64,000 nucleotides of DNA from NCBI GenBank assembly GCA_963782915.1, contig CAWALK010000022.1, forward strand, positions 128,001 to 192,000, in the 5' to 3' direction. The stretch is from an uncultured archaeon. Its GTDB lineage: Archaea; Thermoproteota; Bathyarchaeia; Bathyarchaeales; Bathycorpusculaceae. Below the pieces are notes generated by a model, which had not been told where the DNA came from, searched no databases, and was given only the letters and a program-made list of their open reading frames with translations. The position numbers and the translations under genes were made by a program. Each line of letters starts with the position of its first letter. Position 1 is the first letter of the stretch. Positions 21,305 through 31,900 of this stretch are shown piece after piece.

Positions 21305-22594
21305 CTAAAAAGAGATTTTTGCGGATGATGGAATCTGGCCGAGTACTTTTGATGTGGCTTTTTCGACTTTGGCGCGGTCTGTCTGATCGGTGTATACGCG
21401 CAGGATATTCATGAAGCCTTTGAGGGTTTCAAAGATTTTTGAGCTCTCGCTTAATCGCTGAAGTTTCTTTTCCCCCGCGGGGCTTCGGATGAAAACTGGA
21501 ATCTCCGTTGACTCCATCAACACAGCATGATGATAGGGTACTGATGGAACAGTTGGTACATCAATTATAACTGCCTCTATCCCGACGCCTGCTTCTTTGG
21601 CGATTTCACCCCGAATTTGATTGCGATAGGATTCCTGCCCAAACAAATTCGATATCATATCATCTTTTTGGTAGAAGGTGCGTTCGTAGGCGCATTTGAG
21701 CATTCGCCGATTTTCCAAGTTATTGATGATTTTATTTGAGGCTTCGCATTTTTTGAGTGCCGCCCAGACAGTGTAATCGTCGAGCGCCAAATATTCTTCG
21801 GGGGTTTTGAATGCGGTTAAGCCGAGTTCCTCGTTGGCTTTATCCATGGCCGATGCGAGCATGATTTGTGCGGCTCGTCCGACACGGTGGAAATAGATGC
21901 TCTTGAATGATTCGATGCGGGCGATTACGAAGGCTTCAAGCGCGGACAGTGCGCCCAGTTCAACTGCTAAGTTTTCGCCTAAAAGATCAAGGGCGTGTAT
22001 GAGACGGTAAACGTCGATGAAGCCGTATTCGGCGCCTGTATGGTAAGTGTCTCGGACGATGAAGTCCTGTTTATCAACGTCTACTGCGCTGCTAATGATT
22101 TGGTCGAGAAATGCGCGGTCTTTTTTATGCAGCTTCCCAACTGCTAGCCCAGCTACTTCTTGGGGGTTGTAGCCCATTTTGGATAGTTTGTCGGCGACTT
22201 CGCTTTTTTCGATAAGCCACGAAGTGATGTCCTCATGAGTTTTCCCTAAGTCTTTTATGAGTAGGTGCTCGAAGACGTGTGAGAATGGGCCATGCCCACA
22301 GTCGTGGAGCAGAGCGGCGATGCGGCACATGTCCACTTCTTCCCCGCTTACGACGCGAGAAATGTTTGGGTTCACTAGAACTTGTCCTGAGAGAAACATT
22401 ACGCCTAAGCTGTGTTCGAAGCGGGTGTGGTTGGCGCCTGGATAAACGTATTCGGAGCCAGCTAGTTGGCGCAGTCTGCGTTCTCGTTGCATGGGGTAAG
22501 TGTCGATTATGGTTTTTTCTTCTTCCGTAATGTACACGTAGCCGTGTACGGGATCTTTGATTTCTCCCCAGTAAGCTTTAGCCACAAGCGTCAC
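21305..22594 (-). CDS. HD-domain phosphohydrolase (dNTP triphosphohydrolase/SAMHD1-like)
   Basis: DPVHG, YPGANHTRFEHSLG, LLHDCGHGPFSH, DVDKQDFIVRD. Confidence 0.92.
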   Translation of the reverse strand: MTLVAKAYWGEIKDPVHGYVYITEEEKTIIDTYPMQRERRLRQLAGSEYVYPGANHTRFEHSLGVMFLSGQVLVNPNISRVVSGEEVDMCRIAALLHDCGHGPFSHVFEHLLIKDLGKTHEDITSWLIEKSEVADKLSKMGYNPQEVAGLAVGKLHKKDRAFLDQIISSAVDVDKQDFIVRDTYHTGAEYGFIDVYRLIHALDLLGENLAVELGALSALEAFVIARIESFKSIYFHRVGRAAQIMLASAMDKANEELGLTAFKTPEEYLALDDYTVWAALKKCEASNKIINNLENRRMLKCAYERTFYQKDDMISNLFGQESYRNQIRGEIAKEAGVGIEAVIIDVPTVPSVPYHHAVLMESTEIPVFIRSPAGEKKLQRLSESSKIFETLKGFMNILRVYTDQTDRAKVEKATSKVLGQIPSSAKISF

Positions 22595-22664
22595 CTCAGT
22601 TGGTAGGTTATTATTTATGTATCTCCCTATAATGTGTAACGCTAAGCATCAGGGTGAAGCAAAT

Positions 22665-23273
22665 ATGGGTAAAAAGGGCATTTTCCTGGTTATCGAGGGT
22701 TTAGATGGGAGCGGAAAAACCACTCAGGCAACGCTTTTAGCTGAGAAATTCTTTCGGGCATACAACGTTTTGCTTACTGCGGAGCCCAGCAGAGGCAAAA
22801 TCGGCTCGTTTATCCGTGAAAGCTGCCTCTATGAGCAGGAACGTTTGCCCACTGAAGCTGAAGCGCTGCTTTTTGCCGCTGACCGCATTGAGCATATGCA
22901 AACTGAACTCAAACCAGCCTTAGACGAGGGCAGACTGGTTATCTGCGACCGCTACATTTACTCGTCATTGGCTTATCAGGGCAGCGCAGGCTTAAGTTTA
23001 GACTGGATAAAAACCATCAACGCCCGAGCTTTGCAGCCAGACATATGCATCTTTATCGATGTGCCGCCTGAGAAGGTGATTGAGCGACTGCAACGCAAAA
23101 AGTCTGTAATGGAGACGCTTGAAACCCAGCAGAAAGTGCGCGAAGTCTACATGAAATACGTCGAGAAAGGCGAGTTGGTTCGGGTTGATGGCGATAAGGA
23201 GAAAGAGCAGGTTGCCGAGGACCTCTACAAAACCGTTTCTGGCTTGATTGAAGCAGCCCAAAAATTCGTCTAA
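22665..23273 (+). CDS. tmk: Thymidylate kinase
   Basis: IEGLDGSGKTTQ, LLFAADR, CDRYIYSSLAYQG. Confidence 0.96.
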   Translation: MGKKGIFLVIEGLDGSGKTTQATLLAEKFFRAYNVLLTAEPSRGKIGSFIRESCLYEQERLPTEAEALLFAADRIEHMQTELKPALDEGRLVICDRYIYSSLAYQGSAGLSLDWIKTINARALQPDICIFIDVPPEKVIERLQRKKSVMETLETQQKVREVYMKYVEKGELVRVDGDKEKEQVAEDLYKTVSGLIEAAQKFV

Positions 23274-23297
23274 GCAGCCCAAGTTGTTCTTCTTTTT

Positions 23298-23433
23298 TTA
23301 TGGGGGCAGGGGGTCAATCACAACGCAACAAACCGTTTCTATGATACTTACGGTTTAACTTGCGGTTTGCTACGCAACCAGCCCACAACACAAGCCCAGG
23401 CATAAGAAAGCAGTCGTTGGTTGTTTGAACAAG
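23298..23433 (-). repeat. Degenerate dispersed repeat copy ending in C-rich motif
   Basis: rc GTTGTGGGCTGGTTGCGTAGCAAACCGCAAG resembles GTTGCAGGTTGGTTGTACAATAAACCACAAG of the 206-334 copy; followed by ACCCCCTGCCCCCATA. Confidence 0.55.
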
Positions 23434-23489
23434 TTATGACGCGCATTAAGTAATGTCCCTGAATATGGCAGGTTAGCTCAGGTTGTTTA

Positions 23490-23948
23490 ATGTTGAATAC
23501 AAAGGGATTAACAATAATCGCCGTGTTGCTCGTGGCGTCTGCGGTTGGTACTATACTTTTGGCAGGTTACGTTAACTCAACTGACCCAACTGCACATGAA
23601 CAGGCACCCGTATTGTTTATCAAAGATCTAAGCTTGATAAATAACACTGAAAGCCTCAACGGCTCCTTTGCACTAGTAAGCGCAGATGGCCGTGCTATAG
23701 AAGTAAACGAATTCCGCATTAACCGCATTACTCTAGACAAAGTTTCAGGCTTAACTGTATACGTTAATGGGACATCGATTAACTATTTGGCACCCTCACT
23801 CTTAGAGCTCAAACCAGGCGATACTATGGATGTAAACCTGATAATCCCCAATGAGAACAACTCTGACCTTTTGAGCGCACTAAAGTCTAATCATTTTGAA
23901 ATACAGGTATGCACACCGCAGGCTCTATTCTGGGGAGAACTCAAATAG
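23490..23948 (+). CDS. Hypothetical secreted or membrane-anchored protein
   Basis: N-terminal hydrophobic segment, beta-rich body with several N-X-S/T sequons. Confidence 0.7.
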   Translation: MLNTKGLTIIAVLLVASAVGTILLAGYVNSTDPTAHEQAPVLFIKDLSLINNTESLNGSFALVSADGRAIEVNEFRINRITLDKVSGLTVYVNGTSINYLAPSLLELKPGDTMDVNLIIPNENNSDLLSALKSNHFEIQVCTPQALFWGELK

Positions 23949-24057
23949 GAGTTACTTGTTTTAGCGGTTTTTTCCTGCAAAAAATTAATACATCTTTACT
24001 CGAAAAGCATTTTCAGAACAACCATAAACATCAAAACAGGCCTTCACAGCAGAAGCA

Positions 24058-24480
24058 ACTTGTAGAAATCGCCTCAATACCCTGCAACCCAAACCAGACG
24101 CTGACACAAAAATGCAGCTGCAGCAAGACTCACAGGAAGAAGATGAGTGAGGGAGGTCATGCCATTATCTACTACTAGAAAAACCAAACCCACACTTTTC
24201 CAACACCGACCAAACCAACTAATCATTTTCCGGCTGAAAACAACTGCATAACAAAACCACCATAGAACCCAACAAACCCCTAGCCGAACGAACAAGAAAT
24301 ATTGACACCCATACAATCCACCAAGCACCCAACTAGGCAATTGTGGAGCCTATAAATAAGGGAGGGGGTAGGTTGTGTAGAGCAAAAGACCTCTGTTTTC
24401 ATTTGATTAAGCTAATTAAACAAGACCATTAGGTGGTTGTGTATAGGAACTTTTTGGCGACAACAACTAGAGTAAAAACT
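24058..24480 (-). repeat. Cluster of dispersed repeat pieces (full copy 24058-24183, C-rich motif 24345-24375, partial copy 24425-24480)
   Basis: Hand alignment to 7164-7293; GCCTATAAATA motif shared with 408-430 and rc 28055-28075. Confidence 0.78.
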
Positions 24481-24542
24481 TAACAGTATACAGAAGCATC
24501 AACAAAAAATAATAAAAAACGAAAAATAAGAAAAGGGTTGGT

Positions 24543-24935
24543 TTATTTTAGAGGCACATACATCGAAGATCGTGAAGCACCGATACCTGGAGTACCATGT
24601 CTAACTGGTTTGTTAGTTATGGCGAACTCGCCGAGGTAGTGGCCGATCATTTCTGCCTTTATATCTAGGGCTACGAATTCTTTGCCGTTGTGTACGCTGA
24701 TTTTTGCGCCTACCATTTCTGGGAGGATGATTAAGTCGCGTACGTGGGTTTTGATTCCGAGGTTGCCTGCTTCTTTGGCTGTGCGTAGTTTTTCGAGCAG
24801 TATGCGTTGTTCGGCTGTGAGTCCGCGTTGTAGACTTCGGCGTTGTCGTGATGGAAGCATATTGATGAATTCGTCCATAGACATAGCTGAAAGACTTTCA
24901 AGGCTGTGTCCACGGTAACTAAATTCTTTGGGCAT
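24543..24935 (-). CDS. rps19p: 30S ribosomal protein S19 (uS19)
   Basis: [42 protein letters not shown]. Confidence 0.97.
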   Translation of the reverse strand: MPKEFSYRGHSLESLSAMSMDEFINMLPSRQRRSLQRGLTAEQRILLEKLRTAKEAGNLGIKTHVRDLIILPEMVGAKISVHNGKEFVALDIKAEMIGHYLGEFAITNKPVRHGTPGIGASRSSMYVPLK

Positions 24936-24963
24936 TTTTCATTCTCCTAATTTATGTTATATT

Positions 24964-25707
24964 TTAACCTCTAATTGCTCGTTTCTTCTTTTGACCTGGA
25001 CCCCTTGCAGCGATTAAGCCGACTTTCTGTCCTGGAGGAGCACCGTGACTTGTTGTTGTGCATCTGCGAGAGCTACGTTTGCTGGATCCGAATGGGTGAC
25101 AAGCTGGAACCATTTTGCGACCGCTAACTCTTGGGTACTTGTGGCCTTTGGCTTTCATCCAGTGGAACATGGAGCCTGCTTTAAGGAACGGTTTATCGAT
25201 GCGTCCTGAAGCGGAGATTACACCGACGGTTGCTAAGCAGTAATCGTCAACATAGCGGGTTCTTCCGGAAGGCAATCTGATCATGGTGCCTTGTGGAGTG
25301 TGACCTACTACGGTTGCGTATGCGCCGGATGAACGGGCCATTTTGCCTCCGTCGCCTGGGCGGAGTTCAAGGTCACAGACTAAGGTTCCTTCAGGCATCT
25401 TACCGAGTGGTATGATGTTGCCGATTTCAGCTGGAGCTTTACCACCATAGGTGATTTCTTGTCCAGTGAAAACGCCTTCAGGAGTAATGCTGTAAACGGA
25501 TAGGCCGTTGTCGAATTCGATGAGTGAGAGTGGTGAACCGCGTCCTGGATCATGCACTAAATCAATTATAGTGCCCATGAGTTCTGCTTCAAAGGATTCT
25601 TTTGGTGTAATAGGTGGATATTTTGCTGGAGCTACACGTTTGTGAGTTGAGGCACGCCAGTTTTGACCGCCGCGACCTCTTCTTTGTACACGAATACGTT
25701 TTCCCAT
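24964..25707 (-). CDS. rpl2p: 50S ribosomal protein L2 (uL2)
   Basis: MGKRIRVQRRGRG, HDPGR, PGDGGKMARSSG, APPGQKVGLIAAR. Confidence 0.96.
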   Translation of the reverse strand: MGKRIRVQRRGRGGQNWRASTHKRVAPAKYPPITPKESFEAELMGTIIDLVHDPGRGSPLSLIEFDNGLSVYSITPEGVFTGQEITYGGKAPAEIGNIIPLGKMPEGTLVCDLELRPGDGGKMARSSGAYATVVGHTPQGTMIRLPSGRTRYVDDYCLATVGVISASGRIDKPFLKAGSMFHWMKAKGHKYPRVSGRKMVPACHPFGSSKRSSRRCTTTSHGAPPGQKVGLIAARGPGQKKKRAIRG

Positions 25708-25727
25708 AAGTCAAGCCTTCTTTAATT

Positions 25728-25988
25728 TTAGAGGATTCCTAGTTTAATTGCTACATCGGAAGCGCGGTATTCTGGTTTTAGTTTCACGAATGCCTTCTTT
25801 ACGCCTTGTGGAGTAACCAGTACGTTTACTCTGGCAACTTTAACTTCGTACATTGTTTCTACTGCGCGTTTAATGTCTGCTTTGCCGGCTTTGAGGTTAA
25901 CGATGAAGATTAGTTTGTTGTCTTTTTCAACCATGACACTGGCGGATTCTGTCATCAGTGGGTAGGTGATAATTACGTCTGGTTTCAT
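25728..25988 (-). CDS. rpl23p: 50S ribosomal protein L23 (uL23)
   Basis: PLMTE, NKLIFIV, GVKKAFVKL. Confidence 0.96.
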   Translation of the reverse strand: MKPDVIITYPLMTESASVMVEKDNKLIFIVNLKAGKADIKRAVETMYEVKVARVNVLVTPQGVKKAFVKLKPEYRASDVAIKLGIL

Positions 25989-26770
25989 TGTGGACTTTCT
26001 CCGTACATTGTGGATAGTTTTTCGATTGCACCGTTGGTCCAGACTGTTAATCGGCCTGGGTGTGTTCCGGGTGCTAGCATTTCGGTGTTTAAGTTGGTTA
26101 CTGTGGTTATTTCGACGCCGGGTAGGTTGCTGGCTGCGTTTACGAGGGTTTTTCCGTCTACGACGACGATGAGTGGTCCGACGGCTTGCTTCATTTTTCT
26201 GCCTCTGTGTTTGCCTTTGCCTGCGCGTACGTTGCGGCTGTCGCGTACTCTTGTGAATTCTGCGTCGAAGCCCAACTTTGAGAATGCTTCTTCGACTTCT
26301 TTTGCTTTGGTTAAGCTTTCGAATGCGTTGTCAACTACTAAGGGTAAGCCTAAGACGTCGGCGATTCTGTGTCCGCGTCCTGCAACAAAAGTTTTTTCGG
26401 CTGTTGCTGCGATAGCGGAAGTTAATGCCAATTTGGCTTCTTTTTTAGGTATGTTTTTGACTATGATTTTTTCGGCGCGTGGTGGATGTGGTTGTCTGCC
26501 TTTGACGGTGCTTGGAGCGAATGCTGCTCTGCCGGCGCCTTTCATGCGGGGAACTCTTGCTTGGGCGCTGCCAGTTCCGCGTGATTCTGCGGTGGTTTTC
26601 TTTCCAGCCATTGGGTCTCGGCCTTGTGGCTGGATACTGTTGGATTGTATTGCTAAGACTGCACGTTTGATTACGTCGGGTCTTATGGGTGTATCAAAGA
26701 CAGCCGGAAGATTGATTTTTCCGGTTGCTTTGCCCTGTAAGTCAAAGATTTCTGCTGTTTTCTGTGCCAT
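25985..26770 (-). CDS. rpl4p: 50S ribosomal protein L4 (uL4)
   Basis: IRPDVIKRAV, TTAESRGTG, VRAGKGKHRGR, LAPGTHPGRLTVWT. Confidence 0.96.
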   Translation of the reverse strand: MAQKTAEIFDLQGKATGKINLPAVFDTPIRPDVIKRAVLAIQSNSIQPQGRDPMAGKKTTAESRGTGSAQARVPRMKGAGRAAFAPSTVKGRQPHPPRAEKIIVKNIPKKEAKLALTSAIAATAEKTFVAGRGHRIADVLGLPLVVDNAFESLTKAKEVEEAFSKLGFDAEFTRVRDSRNVRAGKGKHRGRKMKQAVGPLIVVVDGKTLVNAASNLPGVEITTVTNLNTEMLAPGTHPGRLTVWTNGAIEKLSTMYGESPQ

Positions 26771-26781
26771 TTTTATTCAAC

Positions 26782-27795
26782 CTATTTTCCCTGAGGGGAC
26801 TCCAGTGAGATATATGTTACTTGTGGTGGTGCTTCCGGCGTTTCTGTTGGTGGACGTGCTGGAACTCGCAGGTGTATCTGGCGTTTTTCTGTGCCGGGTA
26901 TGCTGCCTGAGATGAGCATGTATGGTCCGTTGACTTCGCCGTATCGGACGTATCCGCCTTTTACGGTGACTTCTTTGCCGTCTTTTCCGATTTTCATGAT
27001 GCGTTTGTTAAATTCGATTCTTTGGTGGTAACCTGTTTGGCCTGCTCTTGGGATGCTGTACATGAGGTGGTGGGGGTTCCATGGACCGAGGGTGGCGATG
27101 CCGCGTTTGGTTTTTCTGCCTTTGTGTTGCAGTTTGGTTACGTGCCAACGTTTAACTGGGCCTTGGAAGCCTTTGCCGACTGTGATGCCGGCGATGTCGA
27201 TGAATTGTCCGTCTTTGAAGACTTCTTCGGGTGTTACTGTTTTGCCGAGGAGTTGTTTGGCGTATTCGAATTGTTGTGGGATGGTTCCGCCGCCGATTTG
27301 GATTTCGCAGGTTTCGGGTTTTTTCTTTGAGAGGCTGGTTAATGTTGGTTGGGTGGCGATGATAACGCTGACGATTGCTGCTTGTTCTAGGCTTGCTTGA
27401 ACTTTTTCTAGCATAGCCTCCGTGTTGAAGGTCTCCGGCAAAACCAGTAAACGGTCAAGGCTGGCTGGTGGTTCTTTCATCCAGGCTTCCGTTAGGTTTT
27501 GTAGACCGTACGGTGTTTTAGTGTATGTTCTTATGCCACATATTATGATAGGTGGCGTTTCGAGGATAGTTGCGGCTCGCATGACTTCTTTACCGAAGTT
27601 TGGTGAACGTTTCCGGTCTTCGATTGTAAAGATGTAGGTCATGCCTGCTTTGTAGGAAGTGAATCCTAAAAGTTTAGGTGAATCTGACTCTATCTTTGGC
27701 CAATATCGAATTCGTGCAGTTGGAGATTTAGCACGATGCCTAGGTAAATAAGCTAGTGAACCATGTTTTGGAGCATGAGTTTTACGATGTCCCAT
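26782..27795 (-). CDS. rpl3p: 50S ribosomal protein L3 (uL3)
   Basis: PKHGSLAYLPR, YKAGMT, GKGFQGPVKRW, GYHQRIEFNK. Confidence 0.96.
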   Translation of the reverse strand: MGHRKTHAPKHGSLAYLPRHRAKSPTARIRYWPKIESDSPKLLGFTSYKAGMTYIFTIEDRKRSPNFGKEVMRAATILETPPIIICGIRTYTKTPYGLQNLTEAWMKEPPASLDRLLVLPETFNTEAMLEKVQASLEQAAIVSVIIATQPTLTSLSKKKPETCEIQIGGGTIPQQFEYAKQLLGKTVTPEEVFKDGQFIDIAGITVGKGFQGPVKRWHVTKLQHKGRKTKRGIATLGPWNPHHLMYSIPRAGQTGYHQRIEFNKRIMKIGKDGKEVTVKGGYVRYGEVNGPYMLISGSIPGTEKRQIHLRVPARPPTETPEAPPQVTYISLESPQGK

Positions 27796-28049
27796 AGTAC
27801 TTCCGCTTCGCGCCTTTAGCAAATAGTGAAAGGGGTTATAAATGTTGCCATTTAAAACGCAAAAGTAACGTATAGCTGCATAGAAAACAAATTAGCAGCT
27901 ATCACATGCACCTATATATGTAAAGCGTTTGTAGTGGTAAGCTATCGTTTGCAACACTATACCATAGCAGAGGTTGCTTATGATTATTTCGATACCAAAA
28001 CAAATGTAGCCTACGACAAGCAAAAAAACGAACAAAGATGTATTTTTTT

Positions 28050-28250
28050 TCTCTATCCCCCTTATTTATAGGCTCAACAAGTGCTCAAATAGGAAAGAGA
28101 AGCACCAGCATTCATTGAAGACCACTGTCTGGTTGTAGGCGTTTGCTAGCTATGCAACGGGTTTTTCTAGGCAGTTGTGCCGAGCATCTATCAAACATTA
28201 AGCCGCCTCGATTTGTTGCTCTCAGGGACCTCCCCTCCCCTTATATGAAG
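28050..28250 (+). repeat. C-rich motifs flanking a weak dispersed repeat copy
   Basis: CTATCCCCCTTATTTATAGGCTC at 28053-28075 and ACCTCCCCTCCCCTTATAT at 28228-28246. Confidence 0.55.
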
Positions 28251-28356
28251 AAAGAAGCGCGGTGGTTCTGTATACGGAAGCATCTCCCAAACACACAATT
28301 TTTTTTCTTTAACCTTTAATTAGCCCGCCTAACTCCAAATTTCTCAGTGAACGTTT

Positions 28357-28644
28357 ATGCATATAGCTGAATTCCAAGAAATGATGAAGCGCCTCTACGG
28401 CGACCGTGACAAGGCACGCGGAGTGGACGGCACTTACAATTGGCTTCTCGAAGAAGTCGCCGAGTTGGGTCAAGAGCTCAAGGGCAGTGACCGTGTTGCC
28501 ACGGAGAAAGAATTTGCCGACGTCATCGCGTGGCTAGCATCGCTTGCCAACATTATGGGCATTGACTTGGAAAAAGCTGCACTTGCAAAATATCCTGACA
28601 AATGCCCTAAATGCCAAGCCGCGCCCTGCCAATGCATACTCTAG
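28357..28644 (+). CDS. MazG-like nucleotide pyrophosphohydrolase
   Basis: WLLEEVAEL, EFADVIAWLASLAN, C-terminal CPKC..PCQC. Confidence 0.9.
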   Translation: MHIAEFQEMMKRLYGDRDKARGVDGTYNWLLEEVAELGQELKGSDRVATEKEFADVIAWLASLANIMGIDLEKAALAKYPDKCPKCQAAPCQCIL

Positions 28645-28901
28645 TTTAGGCGTTTTTGGCCCAGACCCGTCGGCAACCAAACGTAGCGGCGGTCGCCATG
28701 GCGCTCCACGGTTCCTTCACTTTTCAGAAGCCTCAGATGATACATTACAACGTTGTAGGTTAGCTTGGATTCCTTGGCGATTTTGGCTGCGCCCAACCCC
28801 TGAGCATCGAGCAGCAACAGAATTTTGGTTCTGGCCGACAGCCCGCATCGTACGTTGCGGATGCTTTTGAGGTAAGCGTTGGGATGCCAAGTTTGCTTAA
28901 T
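28641..28901 (-). CDS. Small winged-helix (ArsR-like) protein, not in ORF track; probable ATT start
   Basis: Manual translation IKQTWHPNAYLKSIRNVRCGLSARTKILLLLDAQGLGAAKIAKESKLTYNVVMYHLRLLKSEGTVERHGDRRYVWLPTGLGQKRLN*; GGTGG upstream. Confidence 0.8.
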   Translation of the reverse strand: MKQTWHPNAYLKSIRNVRCGLSARTKILLLLDAQGLGAAKIAKESKLTYNVVMYHLRLLKSEGTVERHGDRRYVWLPTGLGQKRLN

Positions 28902-28951
28902 GCTACGCCACCGAGTACAGCAAAATGCGGTTATCCTTGAAAAGCTTTAGT

Positions 28952-31900
28952 CTATCCGAAGTCGAAAAGCTTCGCCTGTTTGGGTTTCTTGTTATCGAAC
29001 ATCAGGGTGATTTCTTCTTTGATGAGGTCCATGCGTTGCGTGTAGTACTTGGGCAAACCGTACTTGTCGACTAGTTCCTGTGCTGCGACAAGGTATTTTT
29101 CGATGCCGCCGCGGTAGACTGTGAGGGTTAATGCTCCGCCGCAGAAGGGGCATTTGCCTATGAGCGGTAGTCGGCGGAATTTTTTGTTGCATGATTTGCA
29201 GCGGAAACCCTGTGTGGAGAACGCGCGCATGTTGCCTGCGATGTCACGCATGAAATGTGTGTTGAGAACTTTTAGAGCTACGCGGCGTGCGTCTACGGCA
29301 TCGATTTTTTCGCCTAAATCCAGTTGCATGTGGAGTTTTTCGATCATGGATTTGAATTCTTTGTAGCTGCTGTTGGCGTTGCCCAAGTTGATGTTGGTGC
29401 AGGGCGTGGTGAATTGGAAGCCCTCGTACTGCCCCTCTGTGCCTAAGCGGTGGCTGATGACATCCATAAACGCGCTTACAGGTCGGGATTCTCCTTTGTC
29501 CCAGGTTTTGCGGTAGAACTCGAGGGGGTAGGTTTGGCTGACGTCGAAGTCGTGGGCTTGGCGCTGTACCTCTTTGGTGTTGCAGAAGGGGATGAGCAGG
29601 ATGGGGGCATCCATGATTCCGCCGATTTGGCTTGGCAGAAACACTTTAGAGAAATTGATGAGGGTGTCGAGTCCCAGCATGATGGCGTCTTCGTCGCCGT
29701 CGCAGTCCCGACGTTTCGCTGAGTGCCAAACGGGATGTGCATAGATTAGGTTGCGGTCGGTGTAGCCTACGATTCTGCCCAATATGCAGGCGCATGTGTG
29801 GGGCGCTAACCCAAAGATGAGGTGCCCAACTAAGTCTTCGGGTTTCTTGACGTTGTAGTATGGGGGCAGCTTGTAGACGCGGGTTAGGAGGTCGTCGATG
29901 AAAGCGGCGATTTGGATAAAGTATACTCCGGCGCTAACGGGGATGACGACGTCTTGGATTTTTAGTTCGCACACTTGATTAGGATCAGTCAGGGGCAAAC
30001 CGTGCGTGTCGGCTTGGTAGCCCATTTGATGCATTTTTTCGATGGACACACCGATTTCGGCAGGGGTGATGTGGGTTAGGGGGGCGTTGGTTCCGTCAAA
30101 GCGTATGGTGCCATCTTTGTAGGTGGATACGCCGTGCTTTGCGCGTAGGATGCCTTTTTCGATCATTTCAGGGGTTTTGTCAAGGTTGGTTAAGCCTTTG
30201 ACGCCTCGGAGCATCTTTGGAGGTTGGCAGCCAAGGTTGGCGCTGGCAGTTGCTACCAAGTCTTTGAAGTTGAGCGGTTGACGCTGGTACATGACGGCGT
30301 CGGCTTTGCATGTGCCGCAGTAGTTGTCTTTTAGGGGTCGGCGGCATCGGGGGCAACTCTTCTCCTGAACAGTTGGTATACCGCAAGCGTCGCATCTGAT
30401 TTTCATAGTGTAGGATTTGCAGTCGGGGCATTTGCGTTTGACCATATCCACGAATACAGGGCCTTTTTTGGCTGCTTCACAGAGGTCGCGGTGGGACCCG
30501 CCTGCTAGGCTAACTGGGAAGAGTACGTGTACCATGGGGCGCATTTCGCGGTGTTTGGCTTTTTCGGGTCTGCCCATGCGTCCTCCGACATAAGTTGGGG
30601 CTTTATCTTTAACCTGCACACCACAGAGTAGGCTCAGCAGTTCCAGAACGGTAGTTGCCTGCAGAGTTTCAGTGAATTTTGGCGTACCATAACCCAGAGT
30701 GAAAGCCAATGCAGCCGCATCCTCACCCACCAGTATAGCCTTGCCTTCTACGATTTTGTGAGGAAGAAAAATCCTACGCAACAACTTCACCGCATCATCG
30801 TCTGCTGGCCCCTTTATTCTGGTTGTAACGCCCTCTTCCACGCTAACCTCGCAAGTCGCTAACCATTTTTTCAAAACCTCAACCTCTGGAACCGTAGTTA
30901 GGCTAGTCCAGAAAAGCGTACAATTAGGCGCTAACGGCACACACAAACTTTGACTAATAGCTGCTGCTTCTTTAGTGGTTGGCTTGTTTTTGAATGGGTC
31001 ATACATGAAACCCTCAAGCGCCTCAGAGGAAACTTGGCACGCTTCCGCAGCTAGTTTGCAGTCACTCCCATACTTTGCTAAGATGGCGTTTTGGAGGTCT
31101 TTTGCCCACCATTCCTCAACGTAGCCAGAAGGCGGCAACGTCTTGTTGCTGTAGAGAAAATCGCCAAAGTCAATCAGCATGTCGCCTAAGAATAGGATTC
31201 TTTGTACTTTGCCTTTAACTTCAGGATAGTTTTCAAGTGATACTCGAACTACAGAGTTGTCTTTGAGCATGACAACGGGTTTTTCGATGCTGTCCACGGG
31301 TAATGTGACGCCGCCTTTGCCTGGCAACTCAAGACGCATTTGTGTGCCTGCGGCTAGGAAACTTTCCACTACAAACATGGTGGCGGGGTGGATTCCGACG
31401 GCTGAGAGGCCGGTGTTGCGGGAGCGGCCATATCGGAGTCTGAAGCCGCCTTTGGTTGAGGGGAAAGCAAAGATGGGGCGACCCGCGATGACATCGTCCA
31501 TGAAGCCGCCTGATTTCTTCTCAGACTTCTTCTTGAAATTCTTTAGCCAATCCCAACCTTGAAAACCGATTTTATCTATGATGACGTAGACTTTTTGGGC
31601 GCGGCCGACGATGCCGTCGTTGATGACTCTGAGTGCGCCGCCGCGGACACGGTTTGTTTCTACCCGTTCCAAGTTACGATAAGAAGAAACTTCGACGGGG
31701 TCGGATTCGGTGCCTGTGCATTCAACGGGAACCAAGTTGAGTGCCTTGCGCAGTTCCTCATCGGGAATGTGATATTGGAAACGGCCAACCGAACGTTCAT
31801 AGAGTCTGAGCTCTTCCACAAAGCGAGAGACTTCTTCTTCGGTGGGTCTGTAAACGTCTAATCCTAGTTCACGGCGCACGTAGTCTCCGACGACTAGCGT

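Noticed and set aside
23909-24340. ORFs 23909..24178 and 24074..24340 (also 7330..7587 and 42841..43044) as genes
   Set aside because: They overlie the dispersed repeats. Differences between copies include indels and are not mainly synonymous, although similar peptides (MSEGGHAIIYY and MSKGGNAIIFY) can be read.
26010-26915. Long antisense ORFs (301 aa opposite rpl4; 248 aa at 49268..50014)
   Set aside because: Shadow frames of real genes with no motifs of their own.
28645-28900. GC-rich gap after mazG as RNase P or SRP RNA
   Set aside because: No recognisable conserved RNA motifs, and the minus strand encodes a coherent wHTH protein.
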